This document shows, piece after piece, positions 35,780 through 42,022 of a DNA stretch of 42,022 nucleotides (position 1 is the stretch's first letter; every line of letters begins with the position of its first letter). The notes beneath the pieces are model-generated. The model worked only from the letters and a program-made list of their open reading frames with translations. It ran no database searches and was not told the origin of the DNA. The DNA comes from Candidatus Thorarchaeota archaeon (GTDB lineage Archaea > Asgardarchaeota > Thorarchaeia > Thorarchaeales > Thorarchaeaceae). The stretch is taken from assembly GCA_020348985.1 (NCBI GenBank), contig CP070761.1, positions 2,739,387 through 2,781,408 on the forward strand, in the 5' to 3' direction. The position numbers and the translations under genes were made by a program.

Positions 35780-36580
35780 TCACAGAGTGCCTGCAAAGTC
35801 AAGGGCTATTCGTGTTCGTTCCTTCAGCAATTCAGCTGCTCTGACCACAATGTCCTCTGGGGGAAGAGATCCTGATGACTCAACTTTGAAGAGAAAAGCA
35901 TCCTTCTTGGAGTCGATTGTGATTGCCCCTGATTCGCATTCTTTGACACAGATTTCGCACAGTGCACAATCAAGTGTATTCTGAGTCGATATTGTGTCGC
36001 CCTCGATAACGAAGATATTCTTAGGGCAGACTTCCACACATACGCCGCACTGGTCACACTTTGAAGCATCCACACTGACAACGGGTACATACTTGTAGGC
36101 CACTGTCGAAACAGGCTGAAACTTTGCATTTTCTCCACCAGTTCCAAGACGAGCATATGCTTCAATGATGATACTCTGATTGGGAGCAAGCTTCACAATT
36201 GGGATTTCATTGGACGCAGGTATCACCTTTGGATCCTGCGAGGAAAGATCGCCCGAATATACAACTAGTTCTTCATCCCCGGCTTCTTTCTCAAGTGTGA
36301 GAGTACATTGACATAGACTGCACCCCTTTCCTTCACAATCGCAATCTTCTGGAAGGTTGTAGGAATCGAGATCTGTTGTGATTGGTATCAATCCAAGACG
36401 CTGAGCTAACATCTCGTCGTACATAACACTAGTATTCTCAAGAATCAGGACCTCATCTATGGCCATCGCAGGGAGTCTGTTGAGCATTGTCCTTCTCATT
36501 GCGTTGGCAAATGCAACGTCCATACCCTCTACCAAGAAGTGGACTCTATCTTCTTCTCGGTGAATGATTTTGATCTCCAT
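35780..36580 (-). CDS. rpoD: RNA polymerase subunit Rpo3 (RpoD) with zinc loop and ferredoxin-like domain
   Basis: FANAMRR, ENTSVMYDE, RLGLIP, CDC..GCSLC, CDQCGVCVEVCP, CALCEICVKEC. Confidence 0.96.
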   Translation of the reverse strand: MEIKIIHREEDRVHFLVEGMDVAFANAMRRTMLNRLPAMAIDEVLILENTSVMYDEMLAQRLGLIPITTDLDSYNLPEDCDCEGKGCSLCQCTLTLEKEAGDEELVVYSGDLSSQDPKVIPASNEIPIVKLAPNQSIIIEAYARLGTGGENAKFQPVSTVAYKYVPVVSVDASKCDQCGVCVEVCPKNIFVIEGDTISTQNTLDCALCEICVKECESGAITIDSKKDAFLFKVESSGSLPPEDIVVRAAELLKERTRIALDFAGTL

Positions 36581-36595
36581 TATCTCACCTTATCG

Positions 36596-36701
36596 GGCAG
36601 TCTTGACCGTACCCAAAAGACACTGTTCCCGGACGGACTCGCAGAAAGACCAGAGCAGATGGTCAGACAGCTCACTCGCCCGTGTCCTGGGCTGGACTGC
36701 C
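36596..36701 (-). ncRNA. Putative structured 5' leader of the rpoD-ribosomal protein operon
   Basis: Nested helices on the minus strand: GGCAGUC/GACUGCC, CCCAGGACAC/GUGUCUUUUGGG, GGGCG/CGUCC, GACCA/UGGUC. Ends just before the AAGGUGA SD. Confidence 0.5.
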
Positions 36702-36754
36702 ACTTTCGGGTGTCCATAAAAGCATTGCTGAATGAGCTGGTTCAGAATCGAGAT

Positions 36755-37252
36755 TCAGGCTGCTACTTGCATCATACCCTTGAGACCATCGACAATGAGT
36801 CTATACCCACGTACTCTCTGTTTGGGATCAACTGCAACCATGCCAAATGTTGGAACACCAAGAAGATCTTGAACTGATTGTGGCTTCATGGATCCAGGAA
36901 TGTCCTGTTTATTTGCAATGGCAATGATTTGCATGTTGCTCAGGTGCTCTTTGTACTTGTACAAAAGCTGTCGTGTTCTAAGAACCGCTTTTGGTGTGCT
37001 CTCAGTCACAACCACTACCATCTTACTTCCCCGAAGAAGATCACTCCACATGAATTCGAAATGGGATTGTCCGCCCATTTCAACTAAGGATATCTTTGTA
37101 CTATTATCCAGAGTTATTGTGCCGCAGTCCATTCCACAGGTTGGCTGGTAATTCGTTCTAAGCTTGTCAACCTTGTCCGTCAGAAGCTTGATGAGCGTGG
37201 ACTTTCCGGCATATCCGGAACCCATGAGAGCAACCTTGACGTATTGGGTCAT
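36755..37252 (-). CDS. Small Ras-superfamily (Arf/Rab-like) GTPase
   Basis: G1 GSGYAGKST, G2 YQPT, G3 EMGGQ, W in switch II, G4 NKQD; 165 aa. Confidence 0.9.
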   Translation of the reverse strand: MTQYVKVALMGSGYAGKSTLIKLLTDKVDKLRTNYQPTCGMDCGTITLDNSTKISLVEMGGQSHFEFMWSDLLRGSKMVVVVTESTPKAVLRTRQLLYKYKEHLSNMQIIAIANKQDIPGSMKPQSVQDLLGVPTFGMVAVDPKQRVRGYRLIVDGLKGMMQVAA

Positions 37253-37448
37253 CTAGTACGACTCCACACGGTCGTAGCGTAATTCGATGTATAGATGGTA
37301 GTGTTACCTAGGAAACACTCAGTGTTGATATCTTACGCGCCGTATTACCCCAGTTATATACACTCTGCAACACATTGTCGTGGAATTCGATTTGGCACCC
37401 GATGGAAGAGCTTAACAATGAGAGCGCGGCCGCAATTCTGGATTCGTC

Positions 37449-38450
37449 ATGTCCTCGGCAGACCCTCACACAGTTATCATAGGGGAGGGTGTAATAGGAG
37501 AAGTCGTCAATCTTCTGGCCGATTGCGAAAGCCCACTTCTTGTTACAGATGAACAAATCTACGGAAGATACGGGACAAGTGTAGATGAGCTTCTTGGCAC
37601 GAAAGATCGGTGGTTGATGGTATCAGACTATGAGAAGAAACGGTATTCTATGGCATATGGAACTGATATGATTCTGGGCTTTGGTGGAGGTCGCAGTATT
37701 GACGTTGCCAAGCTTCTTGCTAGAGATACTGGTCTCGACTGGATGGCAATCCCAACAGCAGCCTCTCATGATGGCATAGCCAGTGATGTGGCGTCGGTGA
37801 GTCAGAATGGATACAGATATTCTGTGAAATGCAAGAGTCCAAAGGCCGTAATAGCGGATTTATCAATCATAGCGGAAGCGCCACCGAGACTCAGGCTCGC
37901 TGGGATTGGTGATGTTGTTAGCAAGGCATCAAGCCTTGACGAGTGGCGCTTAGGGCACGAAACTCGTGGAGAGCCATTTGATGATGCTATCTTCTCTTTT
38001 GTCAACTCAGCCTTGAGTTCAGTTTTGAAAGACAATAGTCTTGACGCTTTGATCAAAGCACAGATTGACTGTGGGAAAGCGATGAGCCAGTTCGGCAGTT
38101 CAAGACCCTGTTCGGGAACTGAACATGCAATATCTCATGCATTGGATCGTGATCAGTTGGATCTTCATGGACTTCAGGTTGCGCTTGCTACACCTTTGTG
38201 TGTCTATTATCTGCATGGTAGTGGATATGCAAAATACAGAACGTCGGATCTTATCGGCTTCTTCAAAGAGACTAGAATACCTACACGACTCACAGATTTC
38301 GGCATAGGAAGAGAGAGGTTTCTGGACTCCATACGTCATGCGAAAGAGATTATGAAGAAAAGAGACAGATATTCTATACTTGAACACGTTGGTGCCTCAG
38401 ATTCTGATATAGTTGCGACCCTCATGGAGCTTTCAATGATTGATGGCTAG
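37449..38450 (+). CDS. egsA: sn-glycerol-1-phosphate dehydrogenase
   Basis: GGGRSIDVAK, PTAASHDGIAS, AGIGD, SSRPCSGTEHAISHALD, LHGLQVA. Confidence 0.88.
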   Translation: MSSADPHTVIIGEGVIGEVVNLLADCESPLLVTDEQIYGRYGTSVDELLGTKDRWLMVSDYEKKRYSMAYGTDMILGFGGGRSIDVAKLLARDTGLDWMAIPTAASHDGIASDVASVSQNGYRYSVKCKSPKAVIADLSIIAEAPPRLRLAGIGDVVSKASSLDEWRLGHETRGEPFDDAIFSFVNSALSSVLKDNSLDALIKAQIDCGKAMSQFGSSRPCSGTEHAISHALDRDQLDLHGLQVALATPLCVYYLHGSGYAKYRTSDLIGFFKETRIPTRLTDFGIGRERFLDSIRHAKEIMKKRDRYSILEHVGASDSDIVATLMELSMIDG

Positions 38451-38483
38451 TAACGCCATTCTAACCCAGACACTTCGACAGGC

Positions 38484-38490
38484 TTAAAAG
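38484..38490 (+). promoter_or_regulatory. TATA box of the rpl7ae operon
   Basis: TTAAAAG preceded by GACAGGC; implies a leader of about 90 nt. Confidence 0.5.
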
Positions 38491-38550
38491 AAAACTCCTA
38501 ACGACGCATGACTGCTCGCACTGTTACGAGTGTGAGTCTGTATTCATTGA

Positions 38551-38596
38551 TACCAATGAAATGAGACATGCTTCAGCATGTCAATGAAATGAGGTA
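38551..38596 (+). promoter_or_regulatory. Double K-turn in the rpl7ae 5' UTR overlapping the SD
   Basis: TACC-AAT-GA-AAT-GA-GACATGC-TTCA-GCATGTC-AAT-GA-AAT-GA-GGTA. Confidence 0.82.
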
Positions 38597-38603
38597 GAAA
38601 GAA

Positions 38604-38975
38604 GTGCCAAAACCATCTTTCGTTGAGTGGGAAGCTCCTGAAGAGCTCCAGAAGAAGGCCCTGGAGGCCCTTGAGATAGCCAAAGACACCGGCAGGATCA
38701 AGAAGGGAATAAACGAAGCGACCAAGAGTATCGAGCGGGGAATTGCACGCTTGGTAGTGGTTGCGGAAGACGTCGAACCTCCTGAGATAATCATGTATAT
38801 TCCAGGCCTATGCGACGACCGAAATGCTCCCTACATCTTTGTGAAGAGCAAGAGGGACTTGGGAAATGCAGCTGGGATTGAACGTCCGACCGCTGCAGTA
38901 GCGATTGTTGTCGATGGCAAGGCAAAGGACCTTGTAGATGACATTGTTGAGAAGATAGGCGGCCTCCGAAAGTAG
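38604..38975 (+). CDS. rpl7ae: Ribosomal protein L7Ae (eL8)
   Basis: IKKGINEATKSIERG, AEDVEPPEI, LGNAAGI. GTG start. Confidence 0.97.
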   Translation: MPKPSFVEWEAPEELQKKALEALEIAKDTGRIKKGINEATKSIERGIARLVVVAEDVEPPEIIMYIPGLCDDRNAPYIFVKSKRDLGNAAGIERPTAAVAIVVDGKAKDLVDDIVEKIGGLRK

Positions 38976-38995
38976 ACTCTAGGTGATGGATTCCA

Positions 38996-39226
38996 ATGAG
39001 CAAGAAAGAGGAAGAAGCTGAAACTCCAGCGATTCCAGCAGAGGTTATCCAGCTCCTAGGGCGGACCGGAGTAACGGGTGAAATCACCCAAGTACGTGTT
39101 AAGATTCTCGAAGGACGTGACAAAGGAAGAGTGCTTACTCGGAATGTCAAAGGGCCTGTAAGAGAACAAGATATTCTCATTCTTAGAGAAACTGAACGTG
39201 AAGCACGTAAGATGAGGAGGCGCTAG
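38996..39226 (+). CDS. rps28e: 30S ribosomal protein S28e
   Basis: [29 protein letters not shown]. Confidence 0.97.
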   Translation: MSKKEEEAETPAIPAEVIQLLGRTGVTGEITQVRVKILEGRDKGRVLTRNVKGPVREQDILILRETEREARKMRRR

Positions 39227-39228
39227 AC

Positions 39229-39429
39229 TTGGTTGGAACGCAAAGATGCGTTTTTTGCGGTAAGGACATTGAACCGGGAACCGGCTCAGCTTTTGTGCAG
39301 ACGAAGGATGGTTCTGTTCTTTGGTTCTGTTCAAGCAAGTGCAAGTCTGCAAACCTGAAACGCCGTATGAAGCCACGTGATACAAAATGGGCGGCAGCCT
39401 ATGAGAAAGGCGGCAAGACTAGACGCTGA
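39229..39429 (+). CDS. rpl24e: 50S ribosomal protein L24e
   Basis: CVFCGKDIEPGTG, FCSSKC, PRDTKW. Confidence 0.95.
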   Translation: MVGTQRCVFCGKDIEPGTGSAFVQTKDGSVLWFCSSKCKSANLKRRMKPRDTKWAAAYEKGGKTRR

Positions 39430-39443
39430 TTACAGGCCACAAT

Positions 39444-39479
39444 GAGAGAACGGTGGTTAAGTGCCACCCAGGTTCTCTC
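39444..39479. terminator. Stem-loop between the convergent rpl24e and ndk genes
   Basis: GAGAGAAC-GGTGG-N7-CCACC-cag-GTTCTCTC. Confidence 0.5.
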
Positions 39480-40154
39480 TTACTGTTTCTCAATCTCTTC
39501 TAACACAAATTCGTGAATGACCCTTGCAAGAGCCTCAATTTCTTGGTTCTCAATTCCGTTGGCATCTTTTCTAAGAAGATCAGTAAGTGATTCCAAAATC
39601 GTTTCAGACGTGTCTCGTTCTTCAATTGCATCTCTAACGATACTACGAATCTCCATTGTGAAATCCGTATCTCCCACGGCGTATCTCTCAATGTAATCAA
39701 GTGCATTAGAACCTGCGTCATCTGATTCGACGACACCTCCTTCACTTGTCCACAGGCGAATCTCCTCAGAGGCGGTTTCAGATGCATCCGATGCATGCGC
39801 TATGTTGACTCCAGCCCAGATACCGTACTTGCCTCTCAGGGTGGATGGTTCTGCTTTTTGCACAAAAGTAGAACCCAAGGCATCTCGAATACCCTGAATC
39901 ACATTCTCGGCTTGGAATATCAAAACTAGCACGGGAGCTGAAGTGATGAAGTCTACAAGCCATGAGAAGAATGGTTTTTCGCTGTGAACCGCATAGTGCA
40001 TCTCTGCCAAACGGCGGGTTACTCGCATTTCTTTGAAAGCTCGAACGCGGTATCCCCTTTCCAAAAGAGCCTTGATTACCAATGCACCGATTCTTCTTCT
40101 AACAGTGCCGTCGGGTTTTATGATTACGAATGAACGCTCCAATGACTTCACCAA
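39480..40154 (-). CDS. ndk: Nucleoside diphosphate kinase with an acidic C-terminal extension
   Basis: ERSFVIIKPDG, HYAVHSEKPFF, TLRGKYG, catalytic NIAHASD, then about 85 extra residues. Confidence 0.9.
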   Translation of the reverse strand: MVKSLERSFVIIKPDGTVRRRIGALVIKALLERGYRVRAFKEMRVTRRLAEMHYAVHSEKPFFSWLVDFITSAPVLVLIFQAENVIQGIRDALGSTFVQKAEPSTLRGKYGIWAGVNIAHASDASETASEEIRLWTSEGGVVESDDAGSNALDYIERYAVGDTDFTMEIRSIVRDAIEERDTSETILESLTDLLRKDANGIENQEIEALARVIHEFVLEEIEKQ

Positions 40155-40313
40155 TCTTCTGTTTAGTGCTGTTCAGGCACGTGTCTGACTTGGACCGTTC
40201 ACGGAGTACGCGGTTATTTCAGGATTATGGCAGGTACTAGGATCCACGTGACATAATCTTCATAAGATGTTCCAGAGTTCAAGCGGCAAACTCTGTTTGT
40301 GAGGCGTCAGCAA

Positions 40314-42022
40314 ATGTCGCAAGAAGGTAGGTTGCGGTCCCCCATTGTCACGGTTTTGGGGCACATCGACCATGGGAAGACCTCTCTTCTCGACAAGATG
40401 CGTGGCACAGCTGTTCAGGATAGAGAGGCTGCCGGTATCACGCAGCACATAGGAGCTTCATTCTTCCCCACGGAGACAATTCGGTCCATATGTGGAGACC
40501 TTTTGGAAACGGTAAAGACTGAACTAGCAATAGAAGGATTGCTTTTCATTGATACACCTGGCCATGAGGCCTACCTCAACCTTAGAAGACGGGGTGGTGC
40601 CATAGCTGATTTCGCAATCCTAGTCGTTGATGTGAATGAAGGTTTTCTCACTCAGAGTTACGAGAGCCTCAAGATACTGACATCAGGAAAAACTCCGTTT
40701 CTTGTAGCCGCAAACAAACTTGACAAGGTACCAGGATGGCAAGAACGCGAGGGGATGAGCCTTTTCGAGGCCATAAAGTCACAAATCACCACAACTCAGA
40801 ATGAGCTTGATAGACGCATTTACGAACTCGTTGGTGCGCTTTCAGCTAACGGGATACAGTCGGAAAGATTCGACAGAGTAGAGGACTTCACAAAGACTAT
40901 TGCCATCGTCCCTACAAGTGCTAAAACGGGTACGGGTATTCCTGAACTACTGATGGTTCTCTCTGGGTTGACACAGCAATACATGAAAGACAGGTTGGCT
41001 ATAGTCTCAGGTCCCGCCAAGGGAGCAGTTCTGGAGGTTAGAGAAGAGACAGGTCTTGGGCTTACTCTAGACACAATCATCTATGAAGGGTCCCTTAGAA
41101 AAAGCGATACAATTGTCATTGGTGGACTTGACGATGTAGTTGTAGCCAAAATCAGAGCGCTTTTGCAGCCACGAGAACTTGATGAGATTCGTGACCCAAA
41201 GGAGAAGTTCACACATGTAGATGAAGTTCACGCGGCTGCAGGTGTGAAGATTGTTGCTCCAGATATAGAGGGGGCGGTAGCAGGCGCCCCAGTTTATGCC
41301 GTGACTGACCCAGCTCAGCTTGAACCGACAGCTGCCAAAGTTCGAGAAGAAGTGAGTTCAATTCGAATTCAGACCGACAAATCGGGAGTTGTTGTGAAAA
41401 CTGATACTCTGGGGTCTCTGGAGGCAGTTACACAGTTTCTACGTGATCGGAAAGTACCTGTAAGAATAGCTGATGTTGGTCCAATCGTGAAACGTGACGT
41501 TGTGGAAGCGCAAGCAGCAGGAGACGCTGATCCTCTCAATGCAGTGATTCTTGGTTTCAATGTCAAGTTCAGACCTGACATCGAAGACCTTGCTGCAGAA
41601 TTTGGTGTCGAAGTATTTCTCAACGAGGTCATTTACAGGCTTTATGATGAGTATAACGCATGGATTATTGTGAAGAGAGAACAAGCTAAGGCTGAATCGC
41701 TTGGAGTCATTGTTCGACCAGCTAAACTTGAGCTTATTCCCGAATATGTTTTCAGACAGAAAGATCCTGCGATTGTTGGGGTCAGAGTTAGTGGATTTCT
41801 GAAGTCTAGGGTTGGATTGATCAATTCTCAAGGAAAGCGAGTAGGTCGACTTCTTCAGATTCAGGATCGTAGCGTGACAATAGAAGAGGCAACAAATGGA
41901 ATGGAGGTTGCTATTTCACTTCGGGGTCCAACAATAGGTCGTCAGGTGAAAAAAGATGATATTCTCTACGTTGATGTTCCCGACAAGCACATTATAGCAA
42001 TCAGGACCAAGTTTAGAGATGA
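40314..42022 (+). CDS. infB: Translation initiation factor IF-2/aIF5B, truncated at the window end
   Basis: Manual translation from ATG 40314: LRSPIVTVLGHIDHGKTSLLDK...GITQHIGA, IDTPGH, NKLD. The frame runs off the edge. Confidence 0.96.
   Translation, partial: MSQEGRLRSPIVTVLGHIDHGKTSLLDKMRGTAVQDREAAGITQHIGASFFPTETIRSICGDLLETVKTELAIEGLLFIDTPGHEAYLNLRRRGGAIADFAILVVDVNEGFLTQSYESLKILTSGKTPFLVAANKLDKVPGWQEREGMSLFEAIKSQITTTQNELDRRIYELVGALSANGIQSERFDRVEDFTKTIAIVPTSAKTGTGIPELLMVLSGLTQQYMKDRLAIVSGPAKGAVLEVREETGLGLTLDTIIYEGSLRKSDTIVIGGLDDVVVAKIRALLQPRELDEIRDPKEKFTHVDEVHAAAGVKIVAPDIEGAVAGAPVYAVTDPAQLEPTAAKVREEVSSIRIQTDKSGVVVKTDTLGSLEAVTQFLRDRKVPVRIADVGPIVKRDVVEAQAAGDADPLNAVILGFNVKFRPDIEDLAAEFGVEVFLNEVIYRLYDEYNAWIIVKREQAKAESLGVIVRPAKLELIPEYVFRQKDPAIVGVRVSGFLKSRVGLINSQGKRVGRLLQIQDRSVTIEEATNGMEVAISLRGPTIGRQVKKDDILYVDVPDKHIIAIRTKFRD

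Noticed and set aside
36596-36701. 5S rRNA or SECIS interpretation of the structured region
   Set aside because: It lacks recognisable 5S motifs, and no neighbouring gene has an internal in-frame UGA at a Cys-like position.
37295-37556. 85-aa and 82-aa ORFs between the GTPase and egsA
   Set aside because: They overlap egsA and promoter elements and show no recognisable protein features.
38554-38593. Direct repeat CAATGAAATGAG as a mini-CRISPR or target-site duplication
   Set aside because: Only two 12-nt copies and no cas or transposase genes; fully explained by the double K-turn.

Overview
Gene-dense archaeal core-genome window, most consistent with an Asgard archaeon (possibly Thorarchaeia; this is inferred from gene content, not from a phylogeny). 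I found no mobile element, CRISPR array or rRNA. Contents in order: a eukaryote-like STT3/AglB (partial); gcvH-gcvT divergent from folP-mptE; a DC2/OSTC-like OST subunit; topA; a PAC4-like protein; XPD; a YqgF-like nuclease; a RadB-like ATPase; carS; a CBS protein; PolD DP2; RPA; sufS with a small Cys-bearing wHTH gene; elf1; an unannotated 37-aa membrane microprotein (OST4-like); Lhr; EngB; a heavily glycosylatable GIFT/OST48-like membrane protein; a SWS1/ZSWIM7-like SWIM protein; a metallophosphoesterase; tRNA-Pro(CGG) with a T-loop (59/60) BHB intron and A37; an orphan C5 methyltransferase coupled to a SPOUT gene; an archaeal modified-mevalonate operon (mvk-ubiD-acnX large and small subunits); rpoD-L18e-L13-S9-rpoN-S2; a small Ras-like GTPase; egsA; L7Ae-S28e-L24e; an inverted ndk; and partial infB. 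The strongest hidden signals are (i) up to four candidate subunits of a eukaryote-type multi-subunit oligosaccharyltransferase, (ii) a symmetric double K-turn covering the L7Ae Shine-Dalgarno with a competing alternative helix, (iii) the unusual tRNA-Pro, and (iv) proto-eukaryotic PAC4 and Shu-complex homologs. All homology calls come from motifs and recalled reference sequences; no database search was run.
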